Below, piece by piece: positions 13,151-26,515 of a stretch of DNA of 64,000 nt; the first letter of the stretch is position 1, and every line of letters starts with the position of its first letter. The stretch is from assembly GCA_964016885.1 (NCBI GenBank), contig OZ024764.1:17360001-17424000 (forward strand), in the 5' to 3' direction. The translations under genes and the position numbers were made by a program. The DNA is from Eledone cirrhosa (taxonomy: Eukaryota). The notes under the pieces are model-generated. The model saw nothing but the letters and a program-made list of their open reading frames with translations. It was not told the origin of the DNA and did not search any database.

Positions 13151-13710
13151 TCATCTGTTATTTAAGGTCCGTTTGAGATCTCTCTATCCTATCATTGTAA
13201 ATGTAAATCCATGAACCTTTGTTAAGTTATGTTCCAAACACCAACAGTGTCTTTCAGTAGAAATATGGTAATGAAAGGGTTAAAGTGTTTATATTTATCT
13301 AAAAACCTTCCATCATAATTTTATGTAAGAACCTTTGTTAAGTTATGTTCCAAACACCAACAGTGTCTTTCATTAGAAATATGGAAATGAAAGGGTTAAA
13401 GTGTTTATATTTATCTAAAAACCTTCCATCATAATTTTATGTAAGAACCTTTGTTAAGTTATGTTCGAAACACCAACAGTGTCTTTATGAAATGCTTAAT
13501 GAAGAGATGTGTTAATGAAGTGGGTTTTTTTTAATTTTTTTTTATTGCCAAACATGGACTCTTTTGTTTTATACAGAACCCAAAGTGAACAATTTTATAG
13601 TTCAACGGAACAGGAAAAAAAAAATGTTTAATCAGAATAGGAGAAAACCCTCAGATCAGACCAGGGAAAGGTTTCCACTAGTCATTTCATTGTTGATACA
13701 GTTTGTCAGT

Positions 13711-14449
13711 ACCAAGAAAACAATGTCTCCATTGGTCTTTCTATTACTGATACTATCTGTCAGTTACAACTCCTGGCAGAAGAAAGGAGCTGATCATCAG
13801 ATCAGACCAAGAAAACAATGTCTCCATTGGTCTTTCTATTACTGATACTATCTGTCAGTTACAACTCCTGGCAGAAGAAAGGAGCTGATCATCAGATCAG
13901 ACCAAGAAAACAATGTCTCCATTGGTCTTTCTATTACTGATACTATCTGTCAGTTACAACTCCTGGCAGAAGAAAGGAGCTGATCATCAGATCAGACCAA
14001 GGAAACAATGTCTCCATTGGTCTTTCCATTACTGATACTATCTGTCAGTTACAACTCCTGGCAGAAGAAAGGAGCTGATCATCAGATCAGACCAAGGAAA
14101 CAATGTCTCCATTGGTCTTTCCATTACTGATACTATCTGTCAGTTACAACTCCTGGCAGAAGAAAGGAGCTGATCATCAGATCAGACCAAGGAAACAATG
14201 TCTCCATTGGTCTTTCCATTACTGATACTATCTGTCAGTTACAACTCCTGGCAGAAGAAAGGAGCTGATCATCAGATCAGACCAAGGAAACAATGTCTCC
14301 ATTGGTCTTTCCATTACTGATACTATCTGTCAGTTACAACTCCTGGCAGAAGAAAGGAGCTGATCATCAGATCAGACCAAGGAAACAATGTCTCCATTGG
14401 TCTTTCCATTACTGATACTATCTGTCAGTTACAACTCCTGGCAGAAGAA
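13711..14449. repeat. 95-bp minisatellite (~7.8 copies), possibly inside the SUV39H 3' UTR
   Basis: accaagaaaacaatgtctcc... recurs at 13711, 13806, 13901 etc.; minus-strand AATAAA at 13541-13546 is a candidate poly(A) signal. Confidence 0.85.
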
Positions 14450-14617
14450 GCCATGTGAAATAAAACCACAGCACTACTCATCCCAGGAATCAAACCCACA
14501 ACCTTACGATTGTTGAGTCCAACGCCATCACCACAGGGCCACATACCTCCACTTAGTCCAACAAATTAGTTAAAATATGAGCATATTTATCTATGTGTAT
14601 GTGTATGTATGTATATT

Positions 14618-14653
<36 letters not shown>

Positions 14654-15453
14654 CATACACACAAACATGTATGTATGATAATCGCAATTATCATCTAACG
14701 TCTGTTTTGCCATGTTGGCATGGGTTCGACCATTCGTCCTGGTCAAAGACGAAGCAGGCCAGAGAGAAAAAAAAATATATATATATATACATAAACATAT
14801 ACATATATATATATAAACATGAAATAAACACGCCTTGCTTATATGTTCAATAGTTTGGCTTGGTTTCTACAGCTGGATGCCCTCTCTCTCAATGCCAGCC
14901 AACCGCTTTTACAGAGTGTACTGGGTGCATTTCATCATGCCCACCACCACTGGTGAATTTGTTCCCCCCCCGGTCCTTGCAAGATTTAAAAAGAGGGGTG
15001 AGTGGGATGGCTTGCAACCCGAAGCATGTATGTTTATCGGGATGTATGTATAGTTTGAAATTTATGTGTGAATATATACAGGTTATGTGTGCTTGTATGT
15101 ATGTATGTATATATATTTACATAGATATATACATATAATATATATATATGTATGCTTGTATGTATATATACAAATGCTTGTATAATATATTTACATACAC
15201 ACACACATATATATATATATGTTTAATATATATACATATATGCATATATATTTACACACATATATGTAATATATATGTATAATATATATATTTGTATTTA
15301 TGTACATGTCTATCTATATATACACACACAAACATACATTTACAAATGTACATATAAATATACATATATGTATGTATGTATATATATATACGCGTGTGTG
15401 TGTATATGTGTATATATGTATGTGTGTATATACACATACACATATATATGTAT

Positions 15454-15517
<64 letters not shown>

Positions 15518-15592
15518 CTATGCATGTAAGTAGGCAAGGAATGCAGAAATGCCGCAGTGGAACACCGAGGCACCTCTGCAATGACAATGAAC

Positions 15593-16536
15593 TCAAAAGA
15601 GGTACTTTCTACAATTGGCCGCGCCACACTGGCACACAATGCGATACTGCTTCCCGTCCTCGGTCAACTTGGGCGCGGCACCACCGCGACGAAGGGCCTG
15701 GGGCTGTGACAGAGGCGGTGTTGGTGGCAGCTCGCCTGCGCCGTGGCTGTCGCTGAGGAGAGAAGACAAGACGACGGTGGTGGTGGTGGTGGTGCTGCTG
15801 GCGGTGGCGGCGGTGGTGGTAGTGGTGGTGGTGGTGTTGTTGTTGTTGGCGGCGGCGGCGGTCGAGACGGAGGTAGAACTAGCATCGTCCACCTCGGTTC
15901 CAGTTGTAGCTGTGACGGTATCAGCAACAGTAGCAGTAGTATTTGTAGTCGTAGCAGTATTAACTATGGCGTCAGCCCTTGTCAAACTACTTTTAACATT
16001 TTTTCCACCATCATCATCATTAGCATCATTATTATTATTGCTATTGTTGTTGTTGTTGTTGTTGTTAGAAGATGGCTGTGTGGAGGCTAAAAGTTCTGAA
16101 CTAGATGTAGGGGGGTCCTTAACTCTAACACTGGGGGTAGTGTTGTTGTTGCTGTTGGTACTACTACTACTATTATTATTATTATTATTATTATTAATGG
16201 TGGTGGTGGTGGTGGTGGTGGTTGATCCTTTGCTGCTGCTGCTGCTGCCGCCGCGACAAGCTGTCGTCACATGAGAGTGTAGGCCCAGCCCCATGCTGCA
16301 GCTGGCCGGCTTCTTCGTCTTCTCACCATCACCATCTTCCGCCGCCCCCGCCGATGTCGTCATGACCACACCCGCACCCGCACTCACACCATTGTTATTG
16401 TTATTGTTGTTGTTGTTGTCGTTCTCTTCATCCTCTTCATCGTGGTCCTCACCCTTGCTACCCCCCGGGGACACAGGGGCAGTAGCTGCCATGGTAGATG
16501 ACGTCGATGTATTGAAGGCCGATTGGTTTGCATCGA
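15593..16536 (-). CDS. SUV39H: SUV39H histone H3K9 methyltransferase, last coding exon (low-complexity linker + post-SET)
   Basis: Acceptor tttttccag at 16537; phase 1 joins ...YMMT-V-DANQ; ends [17 protein letters not shown] (post-SET CxCx4C; human SUV39H1 ends CKCGTESCRKYLF). Confidence 0.92.
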
Positions 16537-16802
16537 CTGGAAAAAGAAAGAAAAAAAAAAATACAAATATCTATCTGTCTGTTTGTCTATCTATCCTTCA
16601 TCTACCTCGATAGATAAAGATTGCTCTGTCCACCCACCTACTTACCTCTGTGTCCACCCACCTATTTATCTACCTCTGTCCACCCACCTATTTATTTACC
16701 TCTGTCCACCCACCTATCTACCTCTGTGTCTACCCACCTATTTATCTACCTCTGTGTCCACCCACCTATTTATCTACCTCTGTGTCCACCCACCTATTAA
16801 TC

Positions 16803-18665
16803 TTTCTTTTGTCTCCCTGTGGCTAATAAAGAAACATATCTATCTATCTAGATATTTATGTGTCCAGCTATCCCTTCCCCCTTTGTATTTGTCCCCTTCT
16901 TTTGTCTCCCTGTGGCTAATAAAGAAACATATCTATCTATCTAGATATTTATGTCCAGCTACCCCTTCCCCCTTTGTATTTGTCCCCTTCTTTTGTCTCC
17001 CTGTGGCTAATAAAGAAACATATCTATCTATCTAGATATTTATGTCCAGCTACCCCTTCCCCCTTTGTATTTGTCCCCTTCTTTTGTCTCCCTGTGGCTA
17101 ATAAAGAAACATATCTATCTATCTAGATATTTATGTCCAGCTACCCCTTCCCCCTTTGTACTTGTCCCCTTCTTTTGTCTCCCTGTGGCTAATAAAGAAA
17201 CATATCTATCTATCTAGATATTTATGTCCAGCTACCCCTTCCCCCTTTGTATTTGTCCCCTTCTTTTGTCTCCCTGTGGCTAATAAAGAAACGTATCTAT
17301 CTATCTAGATATTTATGTCCAGCTACCCCTTCCCCCTTTGTATTTGTCCCCTTCTTTTGTCTCCCTGTGGCTAATAAAGAAACATATCTATCTATCTAGA
17401 TATTTATGTGTCCAGCTATCCCTTCCCCCTTTGTATTTGTCCCCTTCTTTTGTCTCCCTGTGGCTAATAAAGAAACATATCTATCTATCTAGATATTTAT
17501 GTCCAGCTACCCCTTCCCCCTTTGTACTTGTCCCCTTCTTTTGTCTCCCTGTGGCTAATAAAGAAACATATCTATCTATCTAGATATTTATGTCCAGCTA
17601 CCCCTTCCCCCTTTGTATTTGTCCCCTTCTTTTGTCTCCCTGTGGCTAATAAAGAAACATATCTATCTATCTAGATATTTATGTCCAGCTACCCCTTCCC
17701 CCTTCTTTTGTCTCCCTGTGGCTAATAAAGAAACATATCTATCTATCTAGATATTTATGTGTCCAGCTACCCCTTCCCCCTTTGTATTTGTCTCCCTGTG
17801 GCTAATAAAGAAACGTATCTATCTATCTAGATATTTATGTCCAGCTACCCCTTCCCCCTTTGTATTTGTCCCCTTCTTTTGTCTCCCTGTGGCTAATAAA
17901 GAAACATATCTATCTATCTAGATATTTATGTCCAGCTACCCCTTCCCCCTTTGTATTTGTCCCCTTCTTTTGTCTCCCTGTGGCTAATAAAGAAACATAT
18001 CTATCTAGATATTTATGTGTTCAGCTACCCCTTCCCCCTTTGTATTTGTCCCCTTCTTTTGTCTCCCTGTGGCTAATAAAGAAACATATCTATCTATCTA
18101 GATATTTATGTCCAGCTACCCCTTCCCCCTTTGTATTTGTCCCCTTCTTTTGTCTCCCTGTGGCTAATAAAGAAACATATCTATCTATCTAGATATTTAT
18201 GTGTCCAGCTATCCCTTCCCCCTTTGTATTTGTCCCCTTCTTTTGTCTCCCTGTGGCTAATAAAGAAACATATCTATCTATCTAGATATTTATGTGTTCA
18301 GCTACCCCTTCCCCCTTTGTATTTGTCCCCTTCTTTTGTCTCCCTGTGGCTAATAAAGAAACATATCTATCTATCTAGATATTTATGTGTCCAGCTATCC
18401 CTTCCCCCTTTGTATTTGTCCCCTTCTTTTGTCTCCCTGTGGCTAATAAAGAAACATATCTATCTATCTAGATATTTATGTGTCCAGCTACCCCTTCCCC
18501 CTTTGTATTTGTCCCCTTCTTTTGTCTCCCTGTGGCTAATAAAGAAACATATCTATCTATCTAGATATTTATGTGTCCAGCTACCCCTTCCCCCTTTGTA
18601 TTTGTCTCCCTGTGGCTAATAAAGAAACATATCTATCTATCTAGATATTTATGTGTCCAGCTACC
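16803..18665. repeat. ~91-93-bp intronic minisatellite (~20 copies)
   Basis: Unit tgtctccctgtggctaataaagaaacatatctatctatctagatatttatg...; source of several spurious ORFs. Confidence 0.9.
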
Positions 18666-19514
18666 TAGACAGACAGATAGATATTAAATATATCTGTTTG
18701 TCCCTCTACCTATTTATCTATCCATCCATCTGTATGTCTCTCTATTGTCTATTTATCTGCCTGTCCATCTACCTAGATAAACAGACAGACAGACATCTGT
18801 GTGTCCATCTACCTAGATAGAGAGACAGACAGACATTAAAGATATCTGCCTGTCCATCTACCTAGATAGACAGACAGACAGATATTAAAGATATCTGTGT
18901 GTACATCTACCTGTCTGTCTATCCATCCATCCATCTATCTGGTTGCCTGTCTCTCTATTTATTTGCCTCTATATTTCAATCTACCTATCTAACCACCCAA
19001 CTGTCTACCCATCATCATCGTTTAACGGCTATCTTCCACGCTAGCATGGGTTAGACGGTATCTATATATTTGTCTGTCCATCTGTCTACCTATCTACGCC
19101 GCCACCCACACACATGTCCATCTATCTATCTGTCTGAACATGTGTCTGTGTTATTTAGCCCCAGGCCAGTCCTACCCAACAGACCTATGATCAAAACATC
19201 CATTATCTATGTGAGGCACCACACTTTTCCCCGACATCACAACATTTTAAGTGGTTTGTAGCTCAATTGCTATAAAATAATGTTTTGTCTCTCGTCTCTC
19301 ACTCCACTGGACAGGGTTTGGCTTATGTCAGACGGTGTGACCCCAAGTGGACCAGCAGTACTGTTGGTAGGGGTCAAAACTGCCAAAGTCCATCTCAACA
19401 GCTGATGACCCTGGAGTTCTGTGCCCTTTGTGTATATATATATATTGTTTATTTAAAAAAAATAAAGATGTCGTTTGTGTCCCATGTTCGTCAATGTTCA
19501 TCCTTTTTTCCCCC

Positions 19515-19760
19515 ACTTTACAGAGTGTACTGGGTGTATTTTATTATGGTACCAGCACTACCACTTTACAGAGTACACTGGGTGCATCATATCGTGGTAC
19601 CAGCACTACCACTTTACAGAGTACACTGGGTGCATCATATCGTGGTACCAGCACTACCACTTTACAGAGTACACTGGATGCATCATATCGTGGTACCAGC
19701 ACTACCACTTTACAGAGTACACTGGGTGCATTATATCGTGGTACCAACACTACCACTTTG
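19515..19760. repeat. 45-bp minisatellite from a SINE tail segment (~5 copies)
   Basis: Unit ccactttacagagtacactgggtgcatcatatcgtggtaccagcacta. Confidence 0.8.
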
Positions 19761-20292
19761 AACGTATGTCAATACTCATCCTTTTTTCCATTCAGAGGGT
19801 TTTTTAAAACCCCAACTAACAGACCAATTCTATTTAGTCAAATACGGTGTAAGCACACGTTACTACCTAATTTTCAAATTCGCTGGCTTTGTGTCTCCCT
19901 ATTTATCGTATTTCCCAGCACAGAAGACCCTTCGTCCTCGAGGAAGCACCCTAATTTTGACAACCAAAAATTTGAAATAAAATAATAAACAACCTTTGGT
20001 CTCCAGAACACATGGTAGATTTTTGAGACTTATTTTAGGAAAAAAGTAGGGTCTTCGACACCGGGAAATATCGTATATTTTCCCCTTAAAAAATTGTTTT
20101 TCATTTTGTTTTCCTTCATTGTCTTTTCTCTTTTTTGAGGAAGATATTTGGCTATTTCTAGCAACAACAACAAATAACTAACTACAACTATAGTAAGAAC
20201 AACAACAGTAACAAACAACTGTAACAACAGTAACAAGAACAACAACAGTAACAACTGTAATAACAGTAACAACAACAACAACAACAACTTAC

Positions 20293-20422
20293 CTGTCATC
20301 ATATAATCAAAGGTAAGCTCTTCTCCCTTAGCAATGTCACGTTTGGCAAAGAGAGCAATCCGAGGTAGACGAGGGTCAAGAGTGTTGATCCACACACCAA
20401 ATACTTCCAAGTTGGGATCACA
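20293..20422 (-). CDS. SUV39H: SUV39H exon, SET C-terminal half
   Basis: [43 protein letters not shown]; cag acceptor at 20423, gtaag donor at 20292. Confidence 0.96.
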
Positions 20423-20447
20423 CTGTTAGGATGAGAGAAGATAGAGA

Positions 20448-21001
20448 GATTATTGAGGGCAGGTGGAGATATTGAGGGCAGGTCAGGTGATATTGAGGGC
20501 AGGTCAGGTGATATTGAGGGCAGGTCAGGAGATATTGAGGGCAGGTCAGGAGATATTGAGGGCAGGTCAGGAGATATTGAGGGCAGGTCAAGAGATATTG
20601 AGGGTAGGTCAGGAGATATTGAGGGCAGGTCAGGTGATATTGAGGGCAGGTCAGGAGATATTGAGGGTAGGTCAAGAGATATTGAGGGCAGGTCAGGTGA
20701 TATTGAGGGCAGGTCAAGAGATATTGAGGGCAGGTCAGTAGATATTGAGGGCAGGTCAGGAGATATTGAGGGCAGGTCAGGAGATATAGAGGGCAGGTCA
20801 GGTGATATTGAGGGCAGGTCAGGAGATATTGAGGATAGGTCAGGAGATATTGAGGGTAGGTCAGGAGATATTGAGGGCAGGTCAAGAGATATTGAGGGCA
20901 GGTCAGTAGATATTGAGAGCAGGTCAGGAGATATTGAGGGCAGGTCAGGAGATATTGAGGGCAGGTCAGGAGATATTGAGGGCAGGTGGAGATATTGAGG
21001 G
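20448..21001. repeat. 21-bp minisatellite (~26 copies) next to the SET exon acceptor
   Basis: Unit gatattgagggcaggtcagga. Confidence 0.92.
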
Positions 21002-21649
21002 GATCCTATCAGAAATATTGTCACAAAAAGTTTAATGAAGAATTTTGAGGGACTTAAATAAGAACCCTTTATTTCAATTAATTAATGAAGAATTTTAATG
21101 AATTTAAATAGGAACCCTGTATTTCAATTAACTAATGAAAAATGTTAAGGGATTTACTAAAATAATTAATTACTTCATTGCTAAGACATAAACTTAAAAT
21201 AGGGTTCTTAATGTAAGATTTTAATTTGAATAAAAACCCTTAAAAATTGGTGATTTTCTCCGGGTTGGTATCAAAAGGGCTGATGAAGAATCTTGAATGA
21301 TTTCATTATTAAGACAGTAACTTAATATGGGGTTCTTATATAAAATTATGTTGGAAGATTTTAATTTAACCCTTTAATATTTACATTATACTATATATAC
21401 GATTATATTTTTGTGGTAAAGGCTTTATCTCACATAATATCGAATCTATGAGATTTTGATATTATTTATTTTGAGAACAATACCTTAACATTAGTATGAG
21501 TAGCCAGTTAGGACTGATTTGAACAGAAAGAGGTGAGAGAATTCTGGCTAGATACGGCTGGTTTAAATAGAAACCCTGTATTTCATTTAATTAATGAAGA
21601 ATTTTAAGGGATTTACTAAAATTAATTATTTCATTACTAAGACAGTAAC

Positions 21650-21853
21650 TTAACCCTTTAGCATTTACATTACCCTATATAATATCACATAAAGGCTTTA
21701 TCTTACATAATATCGAATCTATGAGATTTTAAAAGTATTTATTTTCAGAACAATACCTTAACATCAGTTTGAGTGACCAGTTACAGCCAGTTTCAACAGA
21801 AAAAGGTAGAGAATTCTGGCCGGTTTTGGCCAGTTTGAACATTAAAGGGTTAA
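21650..21853. mobile_element. piggyBac-like MITE with TTAA target-site duplication
   Basis: TTAA|CCCTTTAGCATT...CATTAAAGGG|TTAA; an empty paralogous site gacagtaacTTAAtatggggttcttata lies at ~21313. Confidence 0.75.
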
Positions 21854-22068
21854 TGTAAGGTTCTTATATAAAATTATATAAATTATGAAGATTTCAATTT
21901 AAATAGAAACCCTTTAAAATGGGTGGGCTTGTTTCATAGAACCAGGGCAAGGCTTGGAGGGGTTGTTTATCAGACAGGTAAAAATTAACCGTAGCTAGAC
22001 AACTAACGACACACACCAATATTAATTGACACTAATTTACTGAACAACAAGAAACGGTTACCACTCAC

Positions 22069-22221
22069 GGAATGGTTGACGAAATGAGACACATTTCCAT
22101 AATAGCCAGCGTCAACTGTGAAAGGACAATCACCGTCATTGTAGTCCAAGTCAAATAGGTAGGTACGACCTTCAGCGTCGTAGCGTTTCCCTCTCCTTTC
22201 AGCTTCTTCGTTTGTTATGAC
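22069..22221 (-). CDS. SUV39H: SUV39H exon, SET core
   Basis: VITNEEAERRGKRYDAEGRTYLFDLDY...DAGYYGNVSHFVNHS; 153 bp, phase 0/0, cag/gtgag. Confidence 0.96.
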
Positions 22222-22289
22222 CTGTGGTTGGAGAGAAAGGGTAATACTTGATATACTTTTACACAATATAACTCAAATAAAACACATGT

Positions 22290-22905
22290 TTAACCCTTTA
22301 CCATTTACATTACTCTATATATACTATTGTATTTTCACAGTAAAGGCTTTACCTCACATAATATCTCACATAACATTTACATTACTCTATATATACTATT
22401 GTATTGTCACAGTAAAGGCTTTACCTCACATAATATCTCACATAACATTTACATTACTCTATATATACTATTGTATTGTCACAGTAAAGGCTTTACCTCA
22501 CATAATATCTCACATACCATTTACATTACTCTATATATACTATTGTATTGTCACAGTAAAGGCTTTACCTCACATAATATCTCACATAACATTTACATTA
22601 CTCTATATATACTATTGTATTGTCACAGTAAAGGCTTTACCTCACATAACATTTACATTACTCTATATATACTATTGTATTTTCACAGTAAAGGCTTTAC
22701 CTCACATAATATCTCACATAACATTTACATTACTCTATATATACTATTGTATTGTCACAGTAAAGGCTTTACCTCACATAACATTTACATTACTCTATAT
22801 ATACTATTGTATTTTCACAGTAAAGGCTTTACCTCACATAATATCAAATCTATGAGAGTTTGATATTATTTATTTTGAGAACAATACTTTAACATCAGTA
22901 TGAGC
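22290..22905. repeat. piggyBac-like MITE end amplified as a ~60-72-bp tandem array
   Basis: Unit catttacattactctatatatactattgtattgtcacagtaaaggctttacctcacataatatctcacataa; same array at 30280-30870. Confidence 0.85.
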
Positions 22906-23633
22906 AGCCAATTCATCATCATCGATTAACACCCATCTTCCACGCTAGCATGGGTTAGAAGTTGTCGGGTGACCATGTCTCGCTCATATAGGGGTGTTTG
23001 TTGCAGGTTTTCTACAGCTAGATGCCCTTCCTAACACCAACCACATTTACAGTGTGGGCTGGATGCTTTTTAAATGTGTGTGTGTGTTTATAGACATTTA
23101 CATAAACACACACACACACACACATATATATATAAACATACCCATACATACGATTTACCTCTCCAATCCCCATGCCACTGGTGTTGTCCAAGGGAAAGAC
23201 AATGGCTGATACAGCTTGGCACCAGTGACATCACAACATATATATACACTATATATACTGTGTATACATTATATATACCCTATATATACTGTGTATACAT
23301 TATATATACCCTATATATACTGTGTATACATTATATATACCCTATATATACTGTGTATACATTATATATACCCTATATATACTATATATGATGTCCAAGG
23401 GAAAGGCAATGGCTGATACAGCTTGGCACCAGTGACATCACAACTCATTTCTACAGCTGAGTAAACTGGAGCAACGTGAAGTAAAGAGTCTTGCTCAAGG
23501 ACACAGCACATCACATCACCGGTCTGGGAATCGAACTCACAACCTCACAATTGCAAGCCCAGTGCACTAACCACTAAGCCATGCAGCTCCCCCCCGCCCC
23601 GCCCCCCAACAACAAAAGAAGGCAGCAACTTAC

Positions 23634-24584
23634 CTCTCCGACATATTCCATGACGAAGGACCCTCTCTTGATCTTCTGGATGGTCTTAACGCCCCACCCT
23701 CGTCCGTTGGCGGTGCGGAAGACACACACCTTAAACTTGCGACCCTGCTGTACGACCCTGTTGGGGCACTCCGGGCCACACTTGCAGCGACGGTTGCACT
23801 CGTAGATGGGGATGCCGCGCCCCACCCTCAACCTCTTGCCCCTGTAGTAGGCAAACTCCGTCCCGCAGTTGGCGGGGCAGCATGACTTGCGTTCCCCGTA
23901 GCAGTCCGTACACTCGCAGCCTATTAGGGGGTCCTGTGGGATCTCTATGCCCTCCATCGCCTTGTAGTCGTTGATGTACTCAAAGTTCTCGGGTGGGCCC
24001 TCAAGGTCGACCTCGTTCTCCACGCAGATCGGGGAAGGGTCCGCGCACACGGCGTTCAACTTGTCCTGCCACTCTCGCAGCGCCACCTGTACCAAATGCT
24101 TCGTCTGCTTGTAGTGCTTGCTCTTGGTGTTGTTGTAGTTGTTGTGGCGTATGCGCCTCGGTTTCCGGCCCTTACACATCATCAGGCCCTTGATTATCTT
24201 GTTGGCCGCGACACCGCCGTGCTTCACCGTCGTCAGGGACATTATCTGCATCGGGGTGATTCGCTCGTGCACGGGGGACCGGAACAGCTTGTCGAAAAGC
24301 TCCTCCACGCGACGCCGTTTGCTCAGAGCCTCGCCCCCGAACGGCTCGGCGGCGCCGCCAACACCAGCAGCACCACCTACTGTCCCTCCTCCTCCACCAC
24401 CACCACCACCACCACCACCACGGCCACTGTCGGCGGAGGCAGTGGACCTCTTGCGCGTCTTCACCGAGGCCCTCTTCTGGTGGTACTCGTCGATCAGCTC
24501 GTGGCACTCCAGGTTAGCCTCAGGTTCCCAGGTATTGAACTCGGTACTCCAGCCCTTCCATTTGATGTAGTAATAGTTGACATC
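23634..24584 (-). CDS. SUV39H: SUV39H exon: chromodomain C-half, linker, pre-SET, SET N-terminus
   Basis: YYIKWKGWSTEFNTWEPEANL; GCECTDC...CCP...IYECNRRCKCGPECPNRVVQ; GRGWGV...FVMEYVGE; 951 bp, phase 0/0, cag/gtaagt. Confidence 0.97.
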
Positions 24585-24689
24585 CTGAAACAGAAACAAC
24601 AAACAACGTTAGCAACTGTTTCTACTTTCGGCACAAGGCCAGCAATTTGTGGGGAGAGGAAAGTCAATTATATCGCGACCCCAAGCACT

Positions 24690-25124
24690 AAAAAAAAAAA
24701 TTTTTTTTTAAAATGGGGGTGTCTAAACTCTGTCATAGGAACTGGCTTCATGAGACAGAGTTTAGACACCCCCATTTTAAAAAAAAATTTTTTTTTTAAA
24801 TTTGCTGAAATTTTGTGAATAGGCATCAAATGTTGTCATTTACCTCTGGTTTAATTTCATATAAAAAGTGGGATACCAGCAATAGCAGGGGGTTTAACCC
24901 TGCAATTGACTGGTGTCCTGTCCAGAGGGGAGTCTTATACTCTGTCATAGGAACTGGCTTCATGAGACAGAGTATAAGACTCCCCTCTGGACAGGACACC
25001 AGTCAATTGCAGGGTTAAACCCCCTGCTATTGCTGGTATCCCACTTTTTATATGAAATTAAACCAGAGGTAAATGACAACATTTGATGCCTATTCACAAA
25101 ATTTCAGCAAATTTAAAAAAAAAA
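24690..25124. repeat. Two adjacent fold-back inverted repeats sharing the same 19-nt loop
   Basis: Arms 24690-24734/24754-24798 and 24788-24946/24966-25124; loop ataggaactggcttcatga in both. Confidence 0.92.
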
Positions 25125-25194
25125 TTATTTACAAGAAACAAAATAAGAACAAGATTTAATAATGTAATTTTAATTTGATATATTACAAAAAATA

Positions 25195-25927
25195 ATTGTT
25201 TCTACTTTTGACACAAGGCCAGCAATTAACCCAGTGTATTACTGGTACTTTATTTTATCGACCCCGTAAGGATGAAAGGCAAAGTTAACCTCAACGGGAT
25301 TTGAACTCAGATCATAAAGAGCCGTAACTCTTCGCTGCAAAGCGTGGCGTCCGACCCTCTACCGATACTGCCAATCCACCGCCCTAGCATGGCGGTGTCC
25401 GACCCTCTACCGATACTGCCAATCCACCACACTAGCATGGCGTCCGACCCTCTACCGATACTGCCAATCCACCGCCCTAGCATGGCGTCCGACCCTCTAC
25501 CGATACTGCCAATCCACCACACTAGCATGGCGGTGTCCGACCCTCTACCGATACTGCCAATCCACCACACTAGCATGGCGTCCGACCCTCTACCGATACT
25601 GCCAATCCACCGCCCTAGCATGGCGTCCGACCCTCTACCGATACTGCCAATCCACCGCCCTAGCATGGCGTCCAACCCTCTACCGATACTGCCAATCCAC
25701 CACACTAGCATGGCGGTGTCCGACCCTCTACCGATACTGCCAATCCACCACACTAGCATGGCGTCCGACCCTCTACCGATACTGCCAATCCACCGCCCTA
25801 GCATGGCGTCCGACTCTCTACCGATACTGCCAATCCACCACCCTAACATGGCATCCGACCCTCTACCGATACTGCCAATCCACCACCCTAACATGGCGTC
25901 CGACCCTCTACCGATACTGCCAATCCA
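25195..25927 (-). repeat. SINE family A copy whose 5' head is amplified as a 42-45-bp minisatellite (~13 copies)
   Basis: Unit gcatggcgtccgaccctctaccgatactgccaatccaccgccta. Confidence 0.88.
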
Positions 25928-26263
25928 AATAATGTTTTCCAGTTTTTCCTGCATTACATTTTACATTGAGTAATATTGAAATGCAGAGTTTTTCCCCATA
26001 AATTATATCACTGGTTTAAAATCAATCATTTACTTACAAAAAAAATGTGTCAAACGCAGCGAGGCACGGGTAATTTGGCTAGTATGAGGGGAGGTTTACA
26101 ATATATAATGAAAAACATGGGCGAAGGTGATGAGAACAGACCTCAGATTGCTGAAGCTCACGGAGGAGATGACAAAGGACCATGACAAGTGGAGAGATGC
26201 TGTGCTGAATGGGACCCATCCCACCCTTGCAAGCAGGGAAAAGGGGACATAAAATGATGATGA

Positions 26264-26305
<42 letters not shown>

Positions 26306-26435
26306 AGAGTGTATTTACAATATATAATATATATTCCCAATACTTAGAGGTGGTGTGAGGGGAAGATAGAAAAGAAAAAAAAAGCGGCAAAGGGAAAAGG
26401 TTACTGTGTAGCGGGTAATGATTCATGACCCTTAC

Positions 26436-26515
26436 CTCCTCATTTGTGTGGTCCACAACAGCCTCCACTTCATATTTTTCATCCTTATCCCACAGGATTT
26501 CACCACTTTCCATCA
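26436..26515 (-). CDS. SUV39H: SUV39H exon, chromodomain N-terminus
   Basis: (L)MESGEILWDKDEKYEVEAVVDHTNEE; 80 bp, phase 1 in / 0 out; aacag/gtaagg. Confidence 0.9.
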
